DNA from: Malacoraja senta
Taxonomy: Eukaryota
Assembly: GCA_038087875.1 (NCBI GenBank)
Contig: CM075992.1
Span: forward strand, 9,054,001-9,118,000
Length of the DNA: 64,000 nt
Reading direction: 5' to 3'
Shown: piece after piece, positions 37,408 through 48,242 of the stretch
Numbering within the stretch: the first letter of the stretch is position 1
Layout of the letters: the number at the start of each line of letters is the position of its first letter
The notes under the pieces: generated by a model
The model's input: the letters and a program-made list of their open reading frames with translations, nothing else
Told to the model about the DNA's origin: nothing
Databases searched by the model: none
Made by a program: the position numbers and the translations under genes

Positions 37408-37539
37408 TGGGGTGGGAGATTGCAACCTTCACGTGGTCCGCCCTGTTTCAACGAATGCAATCAACCCGGCGTGCACAATCAAATAATATCAAATAGAACA
37501 AGTTGTCCTACACTTTAGGCTGTGCACGCATACGAAGAA
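37408..37539 (+). mobile_element. Short SINE-like element with HDV-like ribozyme head, copy 2
   Basis: 13-bp TSD gttctatatctct (37395-37407, 37540-37552); ends GCATACGAAGAA; no Pol III A/B boxes seen. Confidence 0.85.
37409..37462 (+). ncRNA. Minimal HDV-like self-cleaving ribozyme (predicted)
   Basis: P1 GGGGTGG/CCGCCCT (G1-U wobble), J1/2 GA, P2 GATTGCA/TGCAATC, P3 ACC/GGT, L3 TTCACGT, vestigial P4, J4/2 CGAA with candidate catalytic C at 37452. Confidence 0.8.
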
Positions 37540-37772
37540 GTTCTATATCTCTCTACATCACCATCTATATCTCTCGTTTCCCTTTCCCCCAGTCTAAAGA
37601 AGGGTCTCGACCCGAAACGTCACCCATTTCCTTCTCTCCAGGGATGCTGCCTGTCCTAAATGTTGAGTTATTCCAGCATTTAGTGTCTATCTTTGTTATA
37701 AACCAGCATCTGCAGTTGTTTCCTACACAACCTAACCAGGCGTTGTGTCTTTCTGCTCTTGTCCCCTTGTAG

Positions 37773-37902
37773 CCAAAGGAGAATTGTTGGGTTGCTTTGG
37801 GCTAACGGAACCCAATCACGGGAGTGACCCCTCGGGCATGGACACCAGAGCCAGGTTTAACGCCAGCAGCAATACCTATACGCTCAATGGGTCAAAGACC
37901 TG
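37773..37902 (+). CDS. GCDH: GCDH coding exon 6
   Basis: [44 protein letters not shown] contains the acyl-CoA dehydrogenase LTEPxxGSD motif; 130 nt. Confidence 0.97.
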
Positions 37903-37945
37903 GTACGTGAAAACTACAGCTTATTCTTCATACAAGCATAGAGTC

Positions 37946-38255
37946 TAGTTTAGAGATACAGCACGGAAACAGGCCCTTCAACCCACCGTGTCCGCACCGA
38001 CCAGCGAGCGATCCCCGCACTCTAACACTATCCTACACACTAGTGATCATTTACACTTTTACTGAAGCCAATTAGCCTACAAACCTGTACATCCTTAGAG
38101 TGTGGGAGGAAACTGAAGATCTCGGGGAAAACCCACGCAGGTCACGGGGAGAACGTGTAAACTCCATACAGACAGCGCCCGTAGTCAGGAAGGAACCCGG
38201 GTCTCCAGCGCTGTAAGGCAGCAACTCTACCTACCACTGCGCCACCGTGCCGCCC
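37946..38255 (-). mobile_element. V-SINE (HE1-like)
   Basis: Full head, core and tail on the minus strand. Confidence 0.8.
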
Positions 38256-39328
38256 TGAATGAAGGGTGGACAAGTTACTTGTGATGACCTAAAGCACAAG
38301 GGCTCACAGATTGTAATGCTCAAGGCGGATACAAGGGAGGTCATAGAGTGATACAGTGTGGAAAAAGGCCCTTCAGCCCAACTTGCCCACACCGACCAAC
38401 ATGTCCCATCTACAGTAGTCCCACCTGCCTGTGTTCGCCCCCTATCCCTCTAAACCCGTCCTGTGTAAATGTTTCGTTGAGATGGTACTTGCCTCAACTA
38501 CCTCCTCCGGCAGCTCGTTCCATACACACACCACCCTTTCTTTGTGTGAAAAAGTTACAACTCGGGTTCCTATTAAATCTTTTCCCCCCTCAGCTTAAAC
38601 CCATGTCCTCTGGTTCTCGATTCCCCTACTCTGGGGCAAGAGACTCTGTGCGTCTACCCGATCTATTCACCCATTCCTTCACTTCAGAGATGCTGCCTGT
38701 CCCACTGAGTTACACCAGCTTTTTGTGTTTATCTTCGGTTTAAATCAGCATCTGCAGTTCCTTCCTACATATTCTCTGCTCCCTTTCCAGCTTGACAACA
38801 TCTTTTCTATAACATGGTGCCCAGAACTGAACACAGTACCCTAAATGTTTAAGAGACTTTCATGGAAATGCAGGGTATGGTGTGATCTGGATCATTTGCA
38901 GGTAGATAATGAATGAATGAATAAGAGGTTTAGTTTAGAGATACAGAATGCAAACAGGGCCTTCGGCCAACCGAGTCGATGACCACCAGCGATCCCCGCA
39001 CACTAACACTATCCTACACACTAGGGATAAGTTACAGAAGCCAATTAACCTGCAAACCTGCTCGTCTTTGGGATGTGGGAGGAAGCCGGAGTACCCGGAT
39101 AAAACCCACGCGATCACAGGGAGAACGTACAAACTCCTTACAGATAGCACCCGTAGTCAGGATCGAACCCCGGTCTCTGGCGTTGTAAGGGAGCAAGTCG
39201 ACTGCTGCGCTATTGTGCCGACCAAGATGGTCTTGGCATCGTGTTGGGAACAGACATTGTGGGCCGAAGGGCCTGTTCCTGCGCTGTACTGTACCTTGTC
39301 CCTCTGAGGTTTGTTTTCCCCATGCCAG

Positions 39329-39545
39329 GATCACCAACTCTCCGACGGCTGACGTCCTGGTGGTCTGGGCCAAGTGCGAGGATGGGATGGTGCGCGGCTT
39401 CCTGCTGGAGAAGGGGATGAAGGGGCTGAGCACGCCAAAGATCGAAGGCAAGTTCTCACTGCGGGCTTCCTCCACCGGGATGATATTGATGGAGGATGTC
39501 GAGGTCCCTGCAGACAATCTGCTCCCCAACGTGGCGGGACTCAAG
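39329..39545 (+). CDS. GCDH: GCDH coding exon 7
   Basis: [72 protein letters not shown]; 217 nt. Confidence 0.97.
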
Positions 39546-40757
39546 GTGAGTTACCTTGCACCACACACACCTTATTCCCTTATCATGAGATGGACACAAA
39601 ATGCTGGAGTCACTCAGCGGGACAGGCAGCATCTCTGGAGGGAAGGAATGGGTGACGTTCCAGGTCGGGACCCTTCTTCAGGCTGGTCTCGACCCAAATC
39701 ATCACCCATTCCGTCTATCCAGAGATGTTGCCTATCCCGCTGAGTTAGTCCAGCCTTTTGTGTCTATCTTTGGTTTAAACCAGCATCTGCAGTTCCTTCC
39801 TGCACATTCCCTTATCATGTATCTATACACTGTAAATGGCTCGATTGTAATCATCTGTTGTCTTTCTGCTGACTGGATAGCACGCAACAAAAGCGTTTCA
39901 CTGTACCTCGGTACACGTGACAATAAACTCAACTCTAACTCCGCTGATTTGTCGGCACTGGGCCTGTACTCGCTGGAGTTTAGAAGAACTAAGGGGGGAC
40001 CTCATTGAACCTTACTGAATAGTGAACAGCTTGGATAGAGTGGATGTGGAAAGGATGTTTCCACTAGTGGGAGAGTCTAGGATTAGAGGTCACACCCTCA
40101 GAATTTTCTTTCAGGAAGGAGATGAGGAGAAATGTCTTCAGTCAGAGGGTGGTGAATCTGTGGGTTTCTTTGCTACAGAAGGCTGTGGAGGCTAAGTCAG
40201 TGGATATTTTTAAGGCAGAGATAGATAGATTCTTGATTAGTACGGGTGTCAGGGGTTATGGGGAGAAGGCAGGAGAATGGGGTTAGGAGAGAGAGATAGA
40301 TCAGCCATGATTGAATGGCGGAGTGGACTTGATGGGCCGAATGGCCTAGTTCTACTCCTATCACTTATGACTTTCTGATCTAACCTCACACGAGCAGTGA
40401 GCTCTACATCAATGGGCACTAGACCCTGTCAGTGCTAATGACCTTCATGGAGGTATGGGAAGGTCCAGAACAAAACAGCCTGCATTGATGACTCGGGGAT
40501 CCACCCTTCTGAGTCCACATTTCCTGAGTCATCGATACCAGCTCTGCTTGGTTTTGTACCTTCCAATACCTCTAGTTACCCCTCCCTGACTATCAGTCTG
40601 AAGAAGGGTCTCAATCTGAAACGTCACCTAATCCTTCTCTCCAGAGATGCTGCCTGACCTGCTGAGGTACTCCAGTATTTAGTGCTTGTACTATTCCATG
40701 TTCTATCCATGTCATTCTGAAGCTTGAATTAGCTTGCCCTTCAGTGTAGGTGGCGGC

Positions 40758-41280
40758 CTAATTTGAGGAAGGACATTCTTGCTATTGAGGGAGTGCAGCG
40801 TAGGTTTACAAGGTTAATTCCCGGGATGGCGGGACTGTCATATCCTGAGAGAATGGAGCAGCTGGGCTTGTACACTCTGGAGTTTAGAAGGATGAGAGGG
40901 TATCTCATTGAAACATATAAGATTATTAAGGGTTTGGACACGCTGGAGGCAGGAAACATGTTCCCGATGTTGGGGGAATCCAGAACCAGGGCCCACAGTT
41001 TAAGAATAAGGGGTAAGCCATTTGGAATGGAGACGAGGAAACACTTTTTCTCACAGAGAGTTGTGAGTGTGTGGAATTCTCTGCCTCAGAGGGCGGTGGA
41101 GGCAGGTTCTCCGGATGCTTTCAAGAGAGAGCTTGATAGGGCTCTTAAAGATAGCGGAGTCCGGGGATATGGGGAGAAGGCAGGAACGGGGTACTGATTG
41201 GGGATGATCACATTGAATGGCGGTGCTGGCTCGAAGTGCCGAATGGCCTACTCCTGCACCTATTGTCTATTGTCTATTGC
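40758..41280 (+). mobile_element. CR1-clade LINE 3' fragment
   Basis: Uninterrupted 144-aa ORF2 C-terminus plus 3' UTR and (CTATTGT)n. Confidence 0.9.
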
Positions 41281-41845
41281 AGATTCAGTTGTTACTTGCG
41301 AGCAAAGCACCACGGCAAATTCCTTGTATGTATACATACTTGGCTAATAAAATGTATTCAATTCAATTCAACTATTCAACTCAGATTAGTTTATTTTCCA
41401 ATGCACCAGGGTGCAATGAAATTCCTTGCTCACATGAAGGTCACAAAGTAAGCAGTATAAATGGTACTGATATAATATACAATAATAATACAAAACAGCA
41501 GGATGGTGCAAAGACTGTGGTGCAATCTGATGTGGTGCAAAATAAAATTGAATTCATTGATTAAAAGATATGGTAAGGAACGGACCTTTAGCCCACAGAG
41601 TCCAGGCCGACCATCGATCACCCATTCACACTAGTTCCACGTTATCCCACTTTCACATCCACTCCTTACACACGAGGGGGCAATTTACAAAGACTAATTA
41701 ACTTCAGTCTTGCACATCTTCGGGATTGGAGGCCAAGTCATTGAGTATTACTAAAGCGGAGATTGACAGGTTTTTGATTAGTACGAGTGCCAGGGGTTAT
41801 GGGGAGAAGGCAGGAGAATGGGGTTGGGAGGGGGGAAAAAAAGGC

Positions 41846-42240
41846 ACAGTGCTGGAGTAACTCAGTGGGTCAGGCAGCATCTCTGGAGAACATGGATAGG
41901 TGACGTTTCACAGAGTGCTGGAGTAACTCAGCAGGTCGGGCAGCATCTCTGGAGAACTTAGATAGGTGACGTTTCACAGAGTGCTGGAGTAACTCAGCAG
42001 GTCGGGCAGCATCTCTGGAGAACTTAGATACGTGACGTTTCACAGAGTGCTGGAGTAACTCAGCAGGTCAGGCAGCATCTCTGGAGAACATGGATAGGTG
42101 ACGTTTCACAGAGTGCTGGAGTAACTCAGCGGGTCAGGCAGCATCTCTGGAGAACATGGATCGGTGACGTTTCACAGAGTGCTGGAGTAACTCAGCAGGT
42201 CAGGCAGCATCTGTGGAGAACATGGATAGGTGACATTTCA
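41846..42240. repeat. Tandem array of about 6 x 66-bp units derived from the Penelope-like terminal repeat
   Basis: Unit CACAGAGTGCTGGAGTAACTCAGCAGGTCAGGCAGCATCTCTGGAGAACATGGATAGGTGACGTTT recurs every 66 bp. Confidence 0.9.
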
Positions 42241-43175
42241 GGTCGGGACCCTTCTTCAGACTGATTGTAGTAGGAGGAGGAGGAGAGATGGGGGTGAGAC
42301 AAGGCCGGGCAGGTGATAAGTGAGATGGTCTTTATAATTTGCAGATTGGACAAAGGCCAAAGATGAAAAGACAAAATTGTGAGATAAGGATAGAAGAATC
42401 GCAAGGTGTGAGGCCAGAAGAAGGGACATAGATGGAAGTGGGCAGGGGGAGTGAGAAATGGCTGCACATTTAGGTGTCTCCATTATTGTGCTTGGTGTTC
42501 TGGCTAGACATCATCAATGGCTAAGGTACACAAAAATGCTGGAGAAACTCAGCGGGTGCAGCAGCATCTATGGAGCGAAGGAAATAGGTAACGTTTCGGG
42601 CCGAAACCCTTCTTCAGACCGATAGGGGGTGGGGAGAAGAAAGGAAAAAAGGAAAAAAGCCATCATCAATGGCTAGACATTTTGAAGGACCTCATTTGAC
42701 CATTGTTGGACTGTTGTGAACAAATTAATTGCTGCAATTTATATAATCCAACATAAACCTAATCTCACTACGTCCTTATCTGAAGCGCCAGCTCTGAAGT
42801 CATAGAAAACATAGACAATAGGTGCAGGAGGAGGCCATTCGGCCCTTCGAGCCAGCACCGCCATTCATTGTGATCATGGCTGATCGTCCCCAATCAATAA
42901 CCCGTGCCTGCCTTCTCCCCATATCCCTTGATTCCACCAGCCCCCAGAGCTCTATCTAACTCTCTCATAGAAAACATAGAAAATGGGTGCAGGAGGAGGT
43001 TGTCATGAGGAAGTCATGGTAGGAGCTCTGGAAATTATAGAATATTTTCTTTGTTTTTTTACATGTGGGAGTGCTACTGAAATAATGTTTGGGGGAAGCA
43101 GGAAGGTGAAGTGGTGATTTGAGGTTTACTTCTATTCTGACTCCACTACTGTTGAACCTGGGACTGGGCTATTGG

Positions 43176-43478
43176 TTTAGTTTAGATTAGAGACACAGCG
43201 CGGAAACGGGCCCTTCGGCCCACCGAGACCGTGCCGACCAGCGATCCCCGCACACAAACACTATCCTGCACACTAGAGACAATTTACAATTTTACCAAGC
43301 CAATTAGCGTACAAACCTGTACATCTTTGGAGTGTGAGAGGAAACCGGGGATCCCGGAGAAAACCCACACAGTCACGGGGAGAACGTACAAACTCCGTAC
43401 AGACAGCACCAGTAGTCAGGATGGAACCTGGGTATTTGGCACAGCGAGGCAGCAACTCTACTGCTGCGTCACCGTGCC
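43176..43478 (-). mobile_element. V-SINE (HE1-like)
   Basis: Full head, core and tail on the minus strand. Confidence 0.8.
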
Positions 43479-43552
43479 ATCCTATCACTAATATCATAGA
43501 AACATAGAAAATAGGTGCAGGAGTAGGCCATTCGGCCCTTCTTTTAGAGAGA

Positions 43553-44262
43553 TTCCTTTATTTGTCATTCAGACCTTTCGGTCTGAACGAAATTTCGTTG
43601 CCTGCAGTCATACATATAATAATAAATAACAAAACACACAATAAACACAAATTAACATCCACCACAGTGAGTTCACCAGGCACCTCCTCACTGTGATGGA
43701 GGCAAAAGTCTTAAAGTCTCTGTCTCTTCCCGCTTTGTTCTTCCTCTGCGCTGAGGCGATCCAGGCTTCTGATGTTGTGACCCCGCCGGGTGATGGTAAG
43801 TCAATCCCGCGGCTGAATCCGTGCTCCGTCCGCGCGGGCTGGTTCAAACTCCGCGGCCCGGGGTGGCCGAAGGTGCCGCCCTCCAGTCCAGCGGACGCAG
43901 CTGTAGTTGCGGGAGCTCCAGAAAAACAGGTCACCCACCTGTGACCTGCGAGCTCCCGACGATGTCGTCCACCGGGCCCGTGGCCGAGCCTCCGGATTCA
44001 GGTCGCCACCAGTGTCCTCGGTCGCCACCGCCGGAACGCCACCGCAGCCCCGAAGCAGGCCAGCCCCGCGCTGGTAAGTCCTGGCTCTGCCTCCGGAGCC
44101 TCGAGGTCGGTCGCTCGCGGTTGGAGTTGGAGGCCGGCAGCTCCGCCATTAGGCCTCGGCGCAGACGGAGGCAGAGAATGGGAATACGACAAGAAAAAGT
44201 CGCATTCCCCCGAAGGAAGAGACAAAAATCATGTTTCACCCTCCCCCCACCCCATCATGTTT
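43553..44262 (-). mobile_element. GC-rich non-autonomous retroelement, copy 4
   Basis: TTTGCCTCCATCACAGTGAGGAG block and 3' stem-loop TTCAGACC-gaaa-GGTCTGAA followed by TGACAAATAAA. Confidence 0.65.
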
Positions 44263-44634
44263 CACACCCCTCACCCCACACTTCGAGCCTGCACCGCCAT
44301 TCAATATGATCATGGCTGATCATCCAACTCAGTATCCCGTACCTGCCTTCTCTCCATACCCCCTGATCCCTTTAGCCACAAGGGCCACATCTAACTCCCT
44401 CTTAAATATAGCCAATGAACTGGCCTCAACTACCTTCTGTGGCAGAGAGTTCCAGAGATTCACCACTCTCTGTGTGAAAAATGTTTTTTCATCTCGGTCC
44501 TAAAAGATTTCCCCTTTATCCTTAAACTGTGACCCCTTGTTCTGGACCCCATATCCATGTGTACCAGCCTAGGATATCTCCCAGCTCTGAACTGCAACTA
44601 TTGTAATGCCTTTGTTTTTCTTTACGCCCTCCAG

Positions 44635-44738
44635 GGTCCGTTTGGGTGTCTGAACAATGCCCGCTATGGAATTTCCTGGGGTGCTCTTGGAGCGGCTGAA
44701 TTCTGTTTGGAAACGGCCAGACAATACACTCTGGACAG
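44635..44738 (+). CDS. GCDH: GCDH coding exon 8
   Basis: [35 protein letters not shown]; 104 nt. Confidence 0.97.
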
Positions 44739-44832
44739 GTGAAGAGGGGGGAGATGTGACTATTAAACCCTGTAGTGAGTTACATTAGAACTCTGTTGAA
44801 TTCCACCTTCCATTTGCAAGGTACAGCAGGTA

Positions 44833-45308
44833 CAGTAAAACCCTCGTTTCAACGGACCTCTTTATAACAGATTTTGGTTATAGCAGACTGACCTACTGAT
44901 GGCTGCCCACACCACCCCCGACACGTACCTCCTCCCCGTCCAGGCCGGTCAATCTTCCACCGCTGACCCTCGTCTGTACTCCGGCCGACACCATCAACTT
45001 TGCCGATCCTCGCCTCTTTCCCCCATCCGCCAGCAGGCCGGGGCCATCAACCCGCCTGGATTCCAGGCCCAGTTCCAGACCGAGGCTCCGAATGAGGGTC
45101 TCGACCCGAAACGTCACCCATCCATGTTCTCCAAAGATGCAGCCTGACCCACTGAGTTACTCCAGTACTTTGAGTCCTTTTGTGTATTAACCATTGTTTG
45201 TTTCCGCTACTTTTTAAAATGATAATCCTTACTCAATTAAAGTAGAAAATCAAGAACCATTTTCCCACCCTGGTCTTTTCCATGGTCCATTATGACGAGG
45301 GTTTACTG
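44833..45308. mobile_element. Tc1/mariner (Tigger/pogo-like) MITE
   Basis: TA|CAGTAAAACCCTCGTTTCAACGGACC ... GGTCCATTATGACGAGGGTTTACTG|TA. Confidence 0.7.
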
Positions 45309-47866
45309 TACTTGAAAGGTGGAGATGCAGGTTACTGTGGCCACCTTTGGTCCAGCCTTTGTTTGAGCCCAGGGTCTGATACTGGGGCGGCTCCTCCAGC
45401 ATCCATTGCCGTTAGTCACCTCTTCGTACTTTGTACGGCCCAAGTGCTTTGTTAAACTTCAATGGCAATGCACAACAGTGTATCCATCAACGAGACTTCC
45501 CAAAATCTGTGTCCATGTTGCGTTGGGAATTCCAGTGTCTGCTCTTTGAGTGTCTTGCTGAGAAAACTGACTGCGCAGACTAGGATTAAACCCGGGAAGT
45601 TCCTAGTCTAACAACTCTGCTACGAAGGCTTCATTTTGTTGTCCAAGCCTACTCCCATGCTGGCCTTTACGTCAGCTTTTGGAGTTACAGCGCGGAAAGA
45701 GACCATTCAGCTCGCCGAGTCCGCGCCAACCAATGATCACCCCATACACTAGCACTATCCGACACACCAGGGACGATTTACAGTTTTACCAAACCAATTA
45801 ACCTACAAACCTGCACGTCTTTGGAGTGTGGGAGGAAACCGGAGCACCCGGAGAAAACCCATGTGGTCACAGGGAGAACGTACAAACTCCGTACAGACAG
45901 CACCCGTAGTCAGGATGGAACCCGGGTCTCTGGCGCTGTGAGGCAGCAACTCTACCGCTAATGCCACTCCTTACCAAGCTATTGGTGAAGTTTGAAATGG
46001 CTGTCATCTGGCTGTGTCTCCAGGTGCAAAACTAAATGCTGGACAACTTGTTCTTAAACATCCTAATGGTTTGCTACAGTCCTACAGTCGCTGGTGGATG
46101 GGTGGAGAGATCCTCCTGTGTGGATTTGAACACCAAGGGGTTCGGAGAATCTGGGATGGGGCAGGAGAATGGGCTGGGAAGTGAAGTGGATGGGGGAACT
46201 GCACAAAGGGCTGGTGTAGACACTCTTATCTATTTGTATTTATATGTATTTCTCATGTTCCTGCCTTTTCCGGTTCAGTATAATGCTCCCTTTTGGGGAA
46301 GTTGCCCATTTCCACATCCAGTGAACAGGCTAGGGTTGATTATTGCCACATGCATCGAGGTACAGTGAAAAGCTTGGTATTGCATGCTATCCAACAAATC
46401 GGATATTACTGTACATAAATGCATTCAAGTCAAACTCAAGTCCAATAGGTAGAGCAAAGGGGAAGATACAGAGTGCAGAATAGTTCTCAGCATTGTAGCC
46501 GCATCAGTTCCACAGACAAAGTCCAATGTCCGCAAATGGGGTAGAGGTGAATGGGACGGTACCCTACCTTATGGAAGGACTGTTCAGAAGCCTGATAAAA
46601 GAGGGGAAGAAGCTGTTCCTGAGTCTGGTGGTGCGCGCTTTCAAGCTTCTGTATCTTCTGCCGGACGGGAGCGGGGAGAAGGAGGAATGACCGGGGTGGG
46701 ACGTCTTTGATTGTGTTGGCTGCTTTTCCGAGGTAGCGTGAAGTGTACATCGTGTTAGTGGCGGGGACTCTGGTCTGTGAGATGGTCTGGGTTTTATCAT
46801 CAACAACTCTGGGATTATTTTTTTTTATTTTGATTTTTTTTTTGGTCTTGTGAGCAGAGCTGCTCCCAAACCAAGCCGTGTTTCAACCCAACAGTATGTT
46901 TTCCTTGGCGCATGTGTAAAACCAAGGAAGGGAGATCCCATTGCACACTGAGCTCCAAATTGCTGCGTGATGCATGGGATGAAGAGAAGGGATGTTTTAT
47001 TTAACACAGGGTGGTGAGTACCGGGAATGCACTGCAGGGGGCGGTGGTGGTGGAGGCAGGTATAATAGTAAGAGACTTGGGTAGGCACCTTAATATGCAG
47101 AGAATGGACGTATATGGATCATGTGCAGGCAGATAAGAGTTGGTCTTGACATCATGTTCAACACAGACTAATTTGAGGAAGGACATTCTTGCTATTGAGG
47201 GAGTGCAGCGTAGGTTTACAAGGTTAATTCCCGGGATGGCGGGACTGTCATATGCTGAGAGAATGGAGCGGCTGGGCTTGTATACTCTGGAGTTTACTCT
47301 GGGTTGAAGGTTCAGCATATGTTGTCTTTCCGCTGACTGGTTAGCACGCAACAAAAAGCTTTTCACTATACCTCGGTACACGTGGCAATAAACTAAACTT
47401 TTTCTCACAGAGAGTGCTGAGTCTGTGGAATTCTCTGCCTCAGAGGGTGGTGGAGGCTTTCCTCCACCAGAGGGTGGTGGAGGCCGGTTCTCTGGATGCT
47501 TTCAAGAGAGAGCTAGATAGGGCTCTTAGAAATAGCGGAGTCAGGGGATATAGGGAGAAGGCAGGAACGGGGTACTGATTGGGGATGATCAGCCATGATC
47601 ACATTGAATGGTGGTGCTGGCTCAAAGGACCAAATGGCCTGCTCCTGCACCTATTGTATATTGTCTATTGTCTATTGACATTGCAGGCCTAAGGGCCTGA
47701 TCCTGTCCTGTACTGCTTTATATAATATAATTGCAAATTATACGACAAATAGGAAATGGGAAGGAGTTTGTTGATTAGAGTGGTAACCTTCCTCGCACCA
47801 GTCATAGAAGGAAAGTCAAGCCATCCCGAACCGTGATATTCATCGGTCTTTCTCGCTCCATGACAG

Positions 47867-47992
47867 GATTCAGTTTGGAGTTCCTCTCGCTCGTAACCAG
47901 CTGATCCAGAAGAAGATGGCGGACATGTTGACTGAGATCACCCTGGGCCTCCAGGCCTGCGTCCAGCTGGGTCGCTTAAAGGATGAAGATAA
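47867..47992 (+). CDS. GCDH: GCDH coding exon 9
   Basis: [42 protein letters not shown]; 126 nt. Confidence 0.97.
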
Positions 47993-48081
47993 GTGAGTGG
48001 CTGCAAACGCCGCCCCCGTTCTCCGGGAGCAGAGCCAACCCCGCTGGTTCGCTGATGAGTTATTTCCACTCCTTTCCTTAG

Positions 48082-48242
48082 ATCCACGCCCGAAATGATC
48101 TCGATGCTGAAGCGGAATTCCTGCGGGAAGGCCCTGGACATTGCCCGGCAAGCCCGCGACATGTTGGGCGGGAATGGGATTTCGGACGAGTACCATGTGA
48201 TTCGGCACGTGATGAATCTGGAGGCGGTGAACACTTACGAAG
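48082..48242 (+). CDS. GCDH: GCDH coding exon 10
   Basis: [53 protein letters not shown], with the catalytic Glu of YEGT; 161 nt, after an 89-nt intron. Confidence 0.97.

Larger units (their letters stand above)
37005..37730 (+). mobile_element. Penelope-like element 3' fragment (host of the ribozyme SINE)
   Basis: [32 protein letters not shown] and a degenerate hammerhead at about 37594-37621. Confidence 0.75.

Noticed and set aside
41846..42240. CRISPR-like array
   Set aside because: Vertebrate DNA; units are contiguous with no unique spacers and derive from a retroelement end.
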